NCBI GenBank assembly: GCA_021824625.1
Contig: JAKAKE010000084.1
Coordinates: 1-59,967, forward strand
Origin: Bacteroidota bacterium
Lineage (GTDB): Bacteria; Bacteroidota; Ignavibacteria; Kapaibacteriales; UBA2268
Length of the DNA: 59,967 nucleotides
Reading direction: 5' to 3'
The position numbers and the translations under genes were made by a program. This document shows, one piece after another, positions 1 through 9,596 of this stretch; the first letter of the stretch is position 1; each line of letters begins with the position of its first letter. The notes beneath the pieces are model-generated. The model was not told the origin of the DNA. It searched no databases and saw nothing but the letters and a program-made list of their open reading frames with translations.

Positions 1-2
1 CA

Positions 3-1094
3 TTTTGGTCAGCAATTGCCGCATTGGCATTGCAGAAAGGTCTAATCACAAGTTATGATGAATTGGTTTCAAACACAATAACCGAATGGCAAAACACTAC
101 AACTCACCCCAATAAAAAATTAATAAAAATCAGACATTTGCTTTCCCTTTCTTCTGGTTTATCTCAGGATGTTGAAAAAATACAAGGAGAAGATGCGACA
201 GCCAAAGATATTTATCAATACGTAGTTGATAGCTTGAAACTCGTAGCAGCCCCCGGCAAAGTTTTTCAGTATGGACCAAGTCATTATTATGCCTTCGGGG
301 TCTTACTTCAAAGAAAACTTCATAGCAAAGGAATACAATTAAATCCGCTTCAATACCTTGAAAATGAAGTTTTAAACAAAATTGGATTACAATATGATAA
401 ATGGACACATGACCCATCAGGCAATCCCCATATACCGAACGGCTGCTATTTAACACCAAGGAATTGGGTAAAGTTCGGGAAATTTATGCTTCAAGAAGGA
501 AGATGGGATACAACTCAGATAATTGACAGCAATATGGTTAAGAATATGTTTATTGCAGATGGTCCAAACCCGGGACACGGAAAATTTTGTTGGATTAATG
601 CTATAGATGGATATGGATATTCAACACAAATGGCGGCACCTTCCGGTTCTCTTGGAGGGTTTATGTATTATTACGGTTTTAATGAAATCATAGGAGCTTT
701 GGGAGCTGGAAAGAACCGGATGTATATTATACCATCAATAGATGCCATTATAATACGCCAAACTCTACAAGAAGAAGATACTTTCGATGATAATATTTTC
801 TTGAGCTTTATGCTTGATAAATTTACATCTGTCGAGATGGAGGTTAAGGATACAAAAGATACTTACATCTCTCCCAATCCTGTCTCGGATTATATCGAAA
901 TAAATGCAGGAGTAAATTGCAATTTTACACTGCCGGAAATACGAATTTATAATGTTTATGGTGATTGCGTAAAGATTGTAGAGTCGGGTCTAAGACCTGT
1001 CTCAACGGAGAAAATTGATGTATCGGAATTACCGCCTGGAATTTATTTTATGAAGATTAATAAGCAATTTAAAAACTTTTTGGTGGTGAGATGA
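3..1094 (+). CDS. Beta-lactamase-family serine hydrolase (5'-partial, cut by window edge) with T9SS type-A C-terminal sorting domain
   Basis: The frame is open from nt 3, so the TTG at 24 in the ORF track is probably internal. 'IRHLLSLSSGL' and the overall layout resemble the beta-lactamase/transpeptidase-like family and the next gene. The C-terminus 'ISPNPVSDYIEINAG...LPPGIYFMKINKQFKNFLVVR' is a typical Por_Secre_tail sorting domain. The stop overlaps the next start (ATGA, 1091-1094). Confidence 0.6.
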   Translation, partial: FWSAIAALALQKGLITSYDELVSNTITEWQNTTTHPNKKLIKIRHLLSLSSGLSQDVEKIQGEDATAKDIYQYVVDSLKLVAAPGKVFQYGPSHYYAFGVLLQRKLHSKGIQLNPLQYLENEVLNKIGLQYDKWTHDPSGNPHIPNGCYLTPRNWVKFGKFMLQEGRWDTTQIIDSNMVKNMFIADGPNPGHGKFCWINAIDGYGYSTQMAAPSGSLGGFMYYYGFNEIIGALGAGKNRMYIIPSIDAIIIRQTLQEEDTFDDNIFLSFMLDKFTSVEMEVKDTKDTYISPNPVSDYIEINAGVNCNFTLPEIRIYNVYGDCVKIVESGLRPVSTEKIDVSELPPGIYFMKINKQFKNFLVVR

Positions 1095-2386
1095 AAATGT
1101 TTATTTTATATTTCTCTTTCTCTTTCTCTTTCATATTGTTAACTAACCAATTAATTTCTCAGCAATTTAGTATTGTTGATAAATTACTGAATGATAATCT
1201 TAATTTACAATATTCAGGTAATGTTGTAACGATGTTGTTACATAATGATTCTTTGGTTTATTATAAAGCTTTAGGTGAATTTGATAGTACTACAACTAAA
1301 GGTATAGCTTCATTGACTAAAACTTTTTCCGGATTAGTAATCTTAAAACTTGTGCAAGAAAATAATATTAATCTCGATGATTCAATCGGAAAATTTATTC
1401 CTTATGCAACACAGATGGGCAAAGGCAGCAGTACAATCAGACAAAATTTCAGTCACACAGCCGGATGGGATGGAATAACAGGTAATACGTATTTAACTGA
1501 TCCAGATTTATCATTGGAGCAATGTGTGGATAGTATCATTAAATACGACCCGATTATTTATTCACCCGGTACGATGTTTAAATATACTGGGGTTTCTATG
1601 CAAGTAGCGGCTCGTGCTGCTGAAGTGGCTTCCGGCGAAAAATGGAATGAATTATGGACAGAAAAAATAAAAAAACCTTTAGGACTTACATCAACTCAAT
1701 TTGGTTTTATTAACAATCCACGGGTAGCAGGTGGTTTAGTTTCTTCTCCTTCGGATATTATTCGTTTGGCACTTTTTATATTAAATAATGGAAAAAATAA
1801 TAATGGTGTTCAAGTTATTGATAGTCTTTGGATGCAAGAATTATGGAAAGACCAAACGAATAAAGCTCCTGTAATAGCGGCACCTTATCCTTTTCATCCT
1901 CTTTACAATAATCCTTATAATTCTGATACTATCCGTTATGGAATTGGAACTTGGCTTGATATATATAATCCAACAACAAAATATCAAGAACAAATCAGCG
2001 GTGCCGGAGCATTTGGTTCAATTATGTGGATTAACAGATGTAACAACACTTGTGGTGTTATTTTCACTTACTCAAATTATAGTAAAGTTTGGAATACATC
2101 CTTTCAGATTATTGACGAATTCAACAAAATATACCCTAATCAATGCTATAAATCGCATGTGAATGAATTTCTATCTGAAGAATTAGTGATTATCCCGAAT
2201 CCCGCTTCGGATTATCTTATAATTTCGGGTTTCGAAGGTAATGCAGAAATTATCAATACCCTTAGTAAAAGTTTGTGGCATGGAATAATCGAATCCGGAA
2301 AAAGAATTGATATTTCGCATTTACCTGTCGGCTTATATTTTATTAAAATTGGAAATTATTCACAAAAATTTCAGGTGGTAAGATGA
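1091..2386 (+). CDS. Beta-lactamase-family serine hydrolase with signal peptide and T9SS C-terminal sorting domain
   Basis: SxxK active-site motif in 'ASLTKTF' and the family motif 'FSHTAGW'. Hydrophobic N-terminal signal. C-terminal 'IIPNPASDYLII...LPVGLYFIKIGNYSQKFQVVR'. Start and stop both overlap neighbouring genes. Confidence 0.75.
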   Translation: MKMFILYFSFSFSFILLTNQLISQQFSIVDKLLNDNLNLQYSGNVVTMLLHNDSLVYYKALGEFDSTTTKGIASLTKTFSGLVILKLVQENNINLDDSIGKFIPYATQMGKGSSTIRQNFSHTAGWDGITGNTYLTDPDLSLEQCVDSIIKYDPIIYSPGTMFKYTGVSMQVAARAAEVASGEKWNELWTEKIKKPLGLTSTQFGFINNPRVAGGLVSSPSDIIRLALFILNNGKNNNGVQVIDSLWMQELWKDQTNKAPVIAAPYPFHPLYNNPYNSDTIRYGIGTWLDIYNPTTKYQEQISGAGAFGSIMWINRCNNTCGVIFTYSNYSKVWNTSFQIIDEFNKIYPNQCYKSHVNEFLSEELVIIPNPASDYLIISGFEGNAEIINTLSKSLWHGIIESGKRIDISHLPVGLYFIKIGNYSQKFQVVR

Positions 2387-3966
2387 GAAAGTTTATTTTA
2401 CTCTTCTTTTTTTTAAGCTTTGAACTGCTTACTGCTCAGGAGCAAAATCTTTCATCTCTTTTGTCATTCGATGGCGAGCCATATTTAGCTGTCAATCCTA
2501 AAAATCCCGATAATATTATTTCCGGATGGATGAGATTTCGGATAGACGGAAAAGTTTGGATAGCTGTCCGAAATTCATTTGACGGAGGCAAAAACTGGGG
2601 TAATATTCAATTTATGCCTCATACTGATACGGCTTACAGTTCGGCTGATGTTTCAATAGCTTTTCACAAATCAGGGGTTGCATATCTTTCATATATTGAC
2701 ATTAACTGGAGTGATACATCAGCAATTATCTATGTTGTCAGCACAACGGATGGAGGAAATAAATGGAGTCAGCCCGTTCCTGTATATTCTTCCACTGAAC
2801 TACCTGATAAGCCGGTTGACAGACCCTGGATAGCAGTTGATAATGGCGAAACCGGAACTTCGGGAAGAATATATTTGTCAGCAATGACTATATACTCCTA
2901 CAAAGGAGCACATTCTAATTATGTTAAATATTCTGATGATGGCGGGATGACCTGGAGCGGGATAAAGCGGGTTGACAATTCGGAATTTCCTGTAGGGCAG
3001 ATACCAATCGGATACGGTGCATTGGGAGTTGACAGAAACGGAACTTTGTATGTTGCATATTATTCTTATGAACCAATGATTAGTCCGTATCTCAGACTTA
3101 TAATGGCAAAAACTAATGATGTCAACAATGGTTTTACCTACAAATCAATTTCACGTGTTTATTTAACTCCCGGGTGGTACACTTATCATAACGGATATTC
3201 GCTCACTGCAAACCCCCTCGATTCTTCAGTTGCTATTGCCTGGACTGATAACAGATACGGTGATATTGATATTCTATTAAGTAAATCCACAAACAGCGGA
3301 ATTGATTGGAGCGAACCAGTCAGAATAAATAATGATGAGCGAAATAATGGCGTATTTCAGGATAAGGTATGGACTAACTTTTCATTGGACGGAAATTTAA
3401 GTATTATATGGAGGGACAGGAGAAAAGGCGGTAAGGGAGATTCCGCTTCCGCAGACATTTATGCTGTTGTATCAACTGATAAAGGTAATTCCTTTTCCGA
3501 TAATTTTCGGTTAAGCAGGGAAAGTGCGGTTTATAGCCCTTTACCCTGCTGTAATTCTTTCATATCTGCTGCATCTCACGATTCGACTATGTTGGCAATC
3601 TGGTCAGACGACAGAAGCGGAGATTGGGATGTATGGATGAGTAAGATTAATTTTAAAAATGTAAGCAGTATTTCAGAAAAAATCATCAGTTCCGAAGAGC
3701 AAATATTCATATACCCTAATCCGGTACAGGATGAATTTACAATTAACTTTATCAATGTGGATAAAGTGGAATCAATCACATTGTCTGATGTACTTGGAAA
3801 TGAAGTATTGAAAATGTATAAATCTGAACTGAATTATAACACATCGAATAACACAATCACAATAGGAAAGGAAAAACTATCGGAACTTTGCAACGGAATG
3901 TATATCTTGCGTGTTATTGATAATAGGAATATGTTAAAAAAAGCTATCATTCAAATAATGAAATAA
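2383..3966 (+). CDS. BNR/Asp-box repeat (sialidase-like beta-propeller) protein with T9SS C-terminal sorting domain
   Basis: Five Asp-box-like repeats: SFDGGKNW, TTDGGNKW, SDDGGMTW, STNSGIDW, STDKGNSF. Signal peptide 'MRKFILLFFFLSFELLTAQ'. C-terminal sorting domain begins 'IYPNPVQDEFTI'. Confidence 0.7.
   Translation: MRKFILLFFFLSFELLTAQEQNLSSLLSFDGEPYLAVNPKNPDNIISGWMRFRIDGKVWIAVRNSFDGGKNWGNIQFMPHTDTAYSSADVSIAFHKSGVAYLSYIDINWSDTSAIIYVVSTTDGGNKWSQPVPVYSSTELPDKPVDRPWIAVDNGETGTSGRIYLSAMTIYSYKGAHSNYVKYSDDGGMTWSGIKRVDNSEFPVGQIPIGYGALGVDRNGTLYVAYYSYEPMISPYLRLIMAKTNDVNNGFTYKSISRVYLTPGWYTYHNGYSLTANPLDSSVAIAWTDNRYGDIDILLSKSTNSGIDWSEPVRINNDERNNGVFQDKVWTNFSLDGNLSIIWRDRRKGGKGDSASADIYAVVSTDKGNSFSDNFRLSRESAVYSPLPCCNSFISAASHDSTMLAIWSDDRSGDWDVWMSKINFKNVSSISEKIISSEEQIFIYPNPVQDEFTINFINVDKVESITLSDVLGNEVLKMYKSELNYNTSNNTITIGKEKLSELCNGMYILRVIDNRNMLKKAIIQIMK
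3771..3918 (+). repeat. Copy A of a near-identical 148-bp segment encoding the distal T9SS sorting domain (partner at 5592-5739)
   Basis: Manual ungapped alignment gives 136 of 148 identical positions, with a longest exact run of 41 nt. The rest of the two host genes is unrelated. Confidence 0.9.
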
Positions 3967-3996
3967 AAGACTTTTAATGTAAAACAAAGGGAGAAA

Positions 3997-5787
3997 ATGA
4001 TAAAAACAAATTTCATATATATTACTCTAATTTGCATAGCTTTAACTATAATAAATATAGTTAAATCGAACGCATCGGACAAAGCTTTTCCATTTGGTCC
4101 TTTCCATCTTTTACCCGGCGATTATGGTCCGCCTTTTACATGCGCTTTCTATGCCGCACAAAATCCTGATGGATTAATTGAGTTATTGGAAACAGCCCGT
4201 TCCAAAGGATTTCGCGTGGTTATTCATTTAGCAGGGAGCAGAAGATTTTATCAGAATGAGGATAGTTCATTCAGTATTGAGAAATTTACATCAAGTCTTG
4301 AAATTTATAAGGATGTTAATCTTGAATCTTACATAAATGACAGTACGATAATTGCTCACCTGCTTTTTGACGAACCGCAGGACCCTTCGAATTGGGACGG
4401 GAATCCCGTGCCTTATGAACTGATTGATTCTGCAGCAGGAGTCAGCAAAAGGCTTTTTCCAAAATTGCCTGTTTGCGTCGGTGGACCTCCTTCTTTTTTA
4501 ATTGGTGGTGCTCCCTATCGAAACCTGGATTTAGCATTTGCACAATACACGATTAAGTATGGAAATATTGATAATTGGTATTCCAATGAAGTTGATAAAG
4601 CAAAAGAAGGCGGAATAGGTCTTATATTCAGCTTAAATGTTTTAAGCGGGGGCACATCCCAGCAACCAATGACATCAGAGCAATTACTGCTGTTCGGAAG
4701 TAAGCTTATGAAAGAACCTTATGCAAAAGCATTGCTTATGTGGAAATGGGATTCAGCTTACTTCTCTCAGCCTGATATAATAAATGCAATTGATTCTCTT
4801 GGTAAACTTGCTTATGAAGTAGTCCCTTTAGCTCCTTTGAGCAGCTATCCCATCTCGATACACGTTACAGCTCAGATAATAGATTATGCAAATGAAATTT
4901 TCCGCCAAGGAGACCAGGCGGGGATTTCACCTCAGTGGATATCACTCGCACCGCAGATATTGAAAGCACAGCGTAGTCTTGTCAGTCCTTCTTTGGCAGT
5001 AGCAAAATTATGGAATGACTCGATGTTTACGAATATAGATGTTTTTGCTTATAATTTTGAACATTGGCCTTATACACCTGAAGAGGAACAGGCTGACCCG
5101 CGAACTGCATCTGAAAATGCAAAAGTCTTTGCAAGAGAAAAGGGATTAGAATATTTTCTCGTACCCGACAGGTCATACTCAAACAGCAACGGGGCAGAAA
5201 TGGTAAAATTTGCTGATGCTTTCGGAATTCAAATGCAAAGGTTGCAGCACGACCCTGTTAAATTTACCGATACACTTCGGTATCTGACAGGGCAAATTCG
5301 AGCTTCAAATCCATCGGTTAAGATTTGGGTTCAGATTGGAGCACAGGTTACCGGTGAGGCACGAACAGTGCGGGAGATGTTGACTGCGGCTGACTCAGCG
5401 AGAAGGTATATGGACGGCCTGGCAATTTTCTATGGGTCCGAAGTTGATACTCTTAAAGCATTTATCAGCTTATTACGTGGTGTTACAAATATCAGTGAAG
5501 ATAAAAATAAAAAAAATAATGACCTGGTAATTTATCCCAATCCTGCAGAGAATGAATTTTCAGTTGAGGGAATCAATACTGATGAAATTGCATCAATCAC
5601 TTTATCAGATGTGCTTGGAAATGAAGTATTGATAATGTATAAATCTGAACTGAATTATAATATCTCGAATAATACAATAACAATCGGAAAGGAAAAACTA
5701 TCGGAACTTTGCAACGGAATGTATATTTTGCGTGTTATTAGTAATAAGGATATGTCTAAAAATACACTTATTCAAATATTAAGATGA
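3997..5787 (+). CDS. Secreted protein of unknown family (possibly glycosidase-like TIM barrel) with T9SS C-terminal sorting domain
   Basis: GGGAGAAA Shine-Dalgarno-like sequence before the ATG, and an N-terminal signal or anchor. 'LLFDEPQDPSNW' is only weakly reminiscent of GH5-type barrels. The C-terminal 'IYPNPAENEFSV...GMYILRVISNK' domain is almost identical to that of the upstream gene. Confidence 0.5.
   Translation: MIKTNFIYITLICIALTIINIVKSNASDKAFPFGPFHLLPGDYGPPFTCAFYAAQNPDGLIELLETARSKGFRVVIHLAGSRRFYQNEDSSFSIEKFTSSLEIYKDVNLESYINDSTIIAHLLFDEPQDPSNWDGNPVPYELIDSAAGVSKRLFPKLPVCVGGPPSFLIGGAPYRNLDLAFAQYTIKYGNIDNWYSNEVDKAKEGGIGLIFSLNVLSGGTSQQPMTSEQLLLFGSKLMKEPYAKALLMWKWDSAYFSQPDIINAIDSLGKLAYEVVPLAPLSSYPISIHVTAQIIDYANEIFRQGDQAGISPQWISLAPQILKAQRSLVSPSLAVAKLWNDSMFTNIDVFAYNFEHWPYTPEEEQADPRTASENAKVFAREKGLEYFLVPDRSYSNSNGAEMVKFADAFGIQMQRLQHDPVKFTDTLRYLTGQIRASNPSVKIWVQIGAQVTGEARTVREMLTAADSARRYMDGLAIFYGSEVDTLKAFISLLRGVTNISEDKNKKNNDLVIYPNPAENEFSVEGINTDEIASITLSDVLGNEVLIMYKSELNYNISNNTITIGKEKLSELCNGMYILRVISNKDMSKNTLIQILR
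5592..5739 (+). repeat. Copy B of the near-identical 148-bp sorting-domain segment (partner at 3771-3918)
   Basis: See copy A: 136/148 identity by manual alignment. Confidence 0.9.
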
Positions 5788-7031
5788 ATAGATTATTCCT
5801 TTTAATAGTTTTATCACTGATTTTTGTTGATAATTCAAATTCTCAATATCAATATCCAAGTGGGGTATTTTGCAGTTGTAGTCCAACTACCGGAATTGGA
5901 AATGGAAGTGTTGCACCGAACATTGCAAAGCTCGATTTCGTAAAAGGTATTTTGGTCAGGATTAGCTGGGAATTGTGTGAGCCATCTGATAATGAATATA
6001 ATTGGTCATTGATAGACGGGCAGATTTCCGCAGCAAAAAGCTTTGGTAAGAAAATCTCACTGGCAATCAGTAATGGAATGGGAGCACCTCAATGGCTGTA
6101 TTTAAATGGAGCTCAGAGATTAATATCCGAAATACCATATAAAGATACCATACCGATACCATGGGATAGTATTTACCTCGAAAAATGGGGCGACTTTGTA
6201 TCGGAATTGGGTAGAAGGTATGATAATGACACAACGATTGTATTGGTTTATGCTACAAACTCATCAGCTAACGGATGCGAAATGCAAATGCCAATCAAAA
6301 CCACACCCACGCTTGATGAAGCGGGATATACAGACGAAAAAATGATTCAATCCTGGGAATTTTGCATAGATGCATTTGTAAATGCATTCCCGAAACATAT
6401 CATAACAAACGATTTCCACCCTGTAAACGGAAGCGATGAGGTATCCAAATCTGTCTTTGATTATGCGAGCAACAAATACGGGGAACAATATGGAGCCAAT
6501 GCTTGGTGGTGGACACAAAAGAATACAACGGTATATCCTGCACAATACGAGATATTAAAAAATTCGGCAAAATCGGATTTTTTCACCGGCATTCAGGTCG
6601 CTCATAATCATACAAAAGATTCTGCGAAGTTTGGCGCAGGTGGTTTGCCGGTTGCACTGGAATTAGCTATTAGTGACGGGATATATTATTGGGAAATATG
6701 GAACCAGGATTTACTTAATCCGCAATTCGACAGCTTATTAAGAGCAATTACGAATTTGAAAAAAGAACCGGATGCAGTTAATGATAATTTAACAACAAAT
6801 GATATTAGAATTGTACCGAATCCAGCTAATGATTATATCGAATTTAATGCAGGGATTCAAGATTTTGAACCCCTGCAGGAAATCAGGTTTTATAATTTAT
6901 TTGGTGAGAGGGTGAATGTAATTTTTCTTATTAATTCTCCTTCTGTCAGATTTGATATTAGCGATTTACCTAACGGAATGTATTTATTAAAAATAAAAAA
7001 TAATTATTCAAAATTTATTGTGTTAAAATGA
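5784..7031 (+). CDS. Secreted glycoside-hydrolase-like (TIM-barrel) protein with T9SS C-terminal sorting domain
   Basis: Signal peptide. 'ISWELCEPSDNEYNWSLIDGQISAAKSFGKKISLAI' resembles the first strand/helix of GH42/GH5-like barrels. C-terminal 'IVPNPANDYIEF...LPNGMYLLKIKNNYSKFIVLK'. The start overlaps the upstream stop. Confidence 0.5.
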   Translation: MNRLFLLIVLSLIFVDNSNSQYQYPSGVFCSCSPTTGIGNGSVAPNIAKLDFVKGILVRISWELCEPSDNEYNWSLIDGQISAAKSFGKKISLAISNGMGAPQWLYLNGAQRLISEIPYKDTIPIPWDSIYLEKWGDFVSELGRRYDNDTTIVLVYATNSSANGCEMQMPIKTTPTLDEAGYTDEKMIQSWEFCIDAFVNAFPKHIITNDFHPVNGSDEVSKSVFDYASNKYGEQYGANAWWWTQKNTTVYPAQYEILKNSAKSDFFTGIQVAHNHTKDSAKFGAGGLPVALELAISDGIYYWEIWNQDLLNPQFDSLLRAITNLKKEPDAVNDNLTTNDIRIVPNPANDYIEFNAGIQDFEPLQEIRFYNLFGERVNVIFLINSPSVRFDISDLPNGMYLLKIKNNYSKFIVLK

Positions 7032-7255
7032 AAAATATATTAATTTTTTGTGTTTTCTTTATTTCAATCAATTTTGCAATATTTAATATTAAAAAAGAAA
7101 AGGGCTTTTCAATTTTTTTTGCTTATTAATAAATTTAAATTATTTTATTTAATTAATTGAATATTTTGAAATTTTGTTCATTAAAAATTCAATGAAAATG
7201 ATAAAAATGAAAATTTTATACTTTTACAAATACCCCAGGTGTTGCGTAACATGAG

Positions 7256-8557
7256 TTATTTAAGTTTATTTCCATATTCCTTGTACATGTATTCAACAAC
7301 AGCTTCTGCTTCTTTGGGTTTCAGGCCTTGATTAGGCATTTCGGAATATTCCGGGTTAACCTTCACAGGATTCAATATGAATTTAACCATGCCCTCTTTG
7401 TTGTTGAGATACTTGAGTAATACTTCTTTATGAGGCGGTCCCACAAATTTTTGGTCAAACTTGTGGCAGGCAGTACATTTTGTTTTATATATTTCTTCTC
7501 CGTTAATCTGAGGTGCTTTCTTCCCTTCTTTTTCGAGTAAAGCAATTTCGAGCTGGTTATATTTATCTGCAAGTGTAAGAATCTGTTGCCTTGAACTTAA
7601 TGATAGGGCAGACTGGTCTTTCAGAATAATAAAAATAAATGCTAAAAGGATTAAATAAAATGAAAAAGAAATTGCCTGGTATTTATTGTACCTGACGCCT
7701 GCATAAGACAAGTGCATAAAAATCAGGAGTGAAACAAGAGACAGCATCCCGAACATGAATGAGTTTGTATTCATGAGATTATCAGGCGTGGAATAAATAT
7801 TTATTGCAAGAATAAAAGGCTGTATAAATGCAAATCCAAGTGCGAGCCATGAATTGATTTTCTTTGCATAGTCTGCATAATCCTGTGTTACGTTATCTTC
7901 GAATTTATCCCAATAAAAATATTTTACAATGAATGCTGTAGCTGAAATCGAACAGGAAATTGTAATAAACTGGATGAACTTAATCACAGCCTGAGTTGTG
8001 AATACTATATCGTAAAAACCACCTGCAAAGCTCCAGTTATTCGAATCAGATGCGAGGTTAACCAATCCGTAAAATAATCGCAATGAAAAAAGAAGAAATA
8101 TTATTCCGGCTATTCCGGTTATTGTGTTTATGGAATTAGTCCGGTTTTCATTGCTTTGTCCCTGAACGGGTTTTAACGTGTACTTGTATAGATAAATTAA
8201 AACGAGTGCTGCAAAGAATATACAGAATGATATAGTGAAAAATAGTATAATATCGTTATTGACCTTGTTTAAAATTTGTATGTAAATTAATATGATGCTG
8301 AATAGCGGGGCTACACCTAATCCCAGAGCCATCGTTTTGTTCGGGGTAATGATGCCAATGTAATCATTTGAAAACATAAAGTAAATATTATTATTTTTTC
8401 TCGAAGCTGTGATTTTATATATAAATGATAATATCAGGCTTGTCAGCAGAACTCCCGAATAAATAGAAAAAATAATAAGAGCCAGACTTAAAAGATATTT
8501 AAGAAGCTCGAGATTGGCTCCAGAACTTGGAATAATCAGCTTATTAAAAAATTCCAT
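7256..8557 (-). CDS. Polytopic membrane protein fused to a C-terminal monoheme c551-like cytochrome c domain
   Basis: Many hydrophobic helices over about 330 aa. The C-terminal 'KTKCTACHKFDQKFVGPPHKEVLLKY...EMPNQGLKPKEAEAVVEYM' has a CxxCH, a GPxxK element and a distal Met. From memory this parallels Pseudomonas cytochrome c551 ('CVACHAIDTKMVGPAYKDVAAKF...PMPPN'). It is the last gene of the respiratory cluster. Confidence 0.6.
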   Translation of the reverse strand: MEFFNKLIIPSSGANLELLKYLLSLALIIFSIYSGVLLTSLILSFIYKITASRKNNNIYFMFSNDYIGIITPNKTMALGLGVAPLFSIILIYIQILNKVNNDIILFFTISFCIFFAALVLIYLYKYTLKPVQGQSNENRTNSINTITGIAGIIFLLFSLRLFYGLVNLASDSNNWSFAGGFYDIVFTTQAVIKFIQFITISCSISATAFIVKYFYWDKFEDNVTQDYADYAKKINSWLALGFAFIQPFILAINIYSTPDNLMNTNSFMFGMLSLVSLLIFMHLSYAGVRYNKYQAISFSFYLILLAFIFIILKDQSALSLSSRQQILTLADKYNQLEIALLEKEGKKAPQINGEEIYKTKCTACHKFDQKFVGPPHKEVLLKYLNNKEGMVKFILNPVKVNPEYSEMPNQGLKPKEAEAVVEYMYKEYGNKLK

Positions 8558-8581
8558 ATAATAACCTCTTCATCCTTATCC

Positions 8582-9469
8582 TCATAATAGTTTATCTATT
8601 GACAATACAACCGCTACAGCAAGCACATACAGATTTACATTCATAAAAGCGAATCTGATTATATTCTTATGTTCAAACTGCTTCAGCAGAGTTCTTGTAC
8701 TCCACATCAGCCAACACCCTGCAACAAATAAAACAATATTTGACAGCAAATTATCCGATAAGCCAAACAATGGAATCAGCATACAGCTTGCTGTAAGTGA
8801 TGCAATCCAAACATAAGTGATTCTCGTCAGGTTCTGTCTGCTGATAATATCGGTAAGAGGCGGGAATCCTGCCCTACGGTAATCATCTTCGTAAATCAGC
8901 AGCAGAAGCCAGAAATGCGGTATCTGCCAAATAAAAAAGAATAAACCCAACGCCCATACCTGCGGATTTGTAAGTTCTCCCCCCCCCGCCGACCAGCCAA
9001 TTACGGGAGGTATTGCACCAATTAATGCACCAGGAATTACTGCGAGCGAAGTTTTCTTTTTTAATGGTGTATAAACTAAATTATACCATAATAAAGCGAA
9101 AACACCGAGAAGTAAAAGAATAATATTACCTGCAGCAAAAAGTAATACAGCACCTGATAGAGACATGACGGATGCTATCATAAATCCCCGTGCAGGTGTG
9201 AGTTTTGCCGAAGGAATGGGCCTGTTCATCGTTCTTCTCATTAATGAATCAGGCAGGTACTCCTGATATTGATTAAACGCCGATGAACCGCAGGCAAGTA
9301 AGAATACACCTAATATCGGTAAAATTATTCCACCGTCAATTTTTCCTGATACCAACACATAGCCGAGTGCTGTGGATATAGCGACAAATGATGTAATCCT
9401 TACTTTCCCAAGTACAAGGATTAGTTTCAAATAATATATTATATTTTTTATAATTGTTTTCAATTTCAT
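8582..9469 (-). CDS. ctaB: Protoheme IX farnesyltransferase (heme O synthase, UbiA family)
   Basis: Size of 295 aa, multi-helix UbiA-like profile, 'NQYQEYLPDSLMRRTMNRPIPS' (the Asp-rich/N..D..D motif region), and position next to the cox genes. Confidence 0.8.
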   Translation of the reverse strand: MKLKTIIKNIIYYLKLILVLGKVRITSFVAISTALGYVLVSGKIDGGIILPILGVFLLACGSSAFNQYQEYLPDSLMRRTMNRPIPSAKLTPARGFMIASVMSLSGAVLLFAAGNIILLLLGVFALLWYNLVYTPLKKKTSLAVIPGALIGAIPPVIGWSAGGGELTNPQVWALGLFFFIWQIPHFWLLLLIYEDDYRRAGFPPLTDIISRQNLTRITYVWIASLTASCMLIPLFGLSDNLLSNIVLFVAGCWLMWSTRTLLKQFEHKNIIRFAFMNVNLYVLAVAVVLSIDKLL

Positions 9470-9490
9470 TGATTAATTAGTTAATAAATC

Positions 9491-9596
9491 AATATTTTCA
9501 ATTTTCAATTTTCGATTTTACAATTTTCAATTTCTATGGGTATTTAAAATTTTAAATCCCTGCAAATAAACACTCAACATTCAAAATTCAAAATTC
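9491..9596 (-). repeat. Composite 3' element, copy A: heptad G/T-rich tract, near-palindrome GGGTATTTAAAATTTTAAATCCC, then (GAAAATT)n tract
   Basis: The minus strand reads GAATTTTGAATTTTGAATGTTGAGTGTT..GCAGGGATTTAAAATTTTAAATACCC..GAAATTGAAAATTGTAAAATCGAAAATTGAAAATTGAAAAT. It shares TGTTGAGTGTT, AGGGATTTAAAATTTTAAAT and AATTGAAAATTGTAAAATYGAAAATT with 24018-24137, in the same order and the same orientation relative to the upstream gene. The first heptad overlaps the last codons and stop of coxII. Confidence 0.8.

Noticed and set aside
1938-2162. Small nested ORFs inside T9SS cargo genes and other large genes (for example 130-459, 1938-2162, 3576-3779, 6264-6545, 40376-40606, 47843-49892).
   Set aside because: All lie within longer ORFs that have signal peptides, catalytic motifs and sorting domains. 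None has independent support.
7097-7120. GAAAAG-GG-CTTTTC plus a T-run as a terminator between convergent genes.
   Set aside because: The loop would be too small, and the effective stem is 5 A-T-rich pairs. That is too weak to call.
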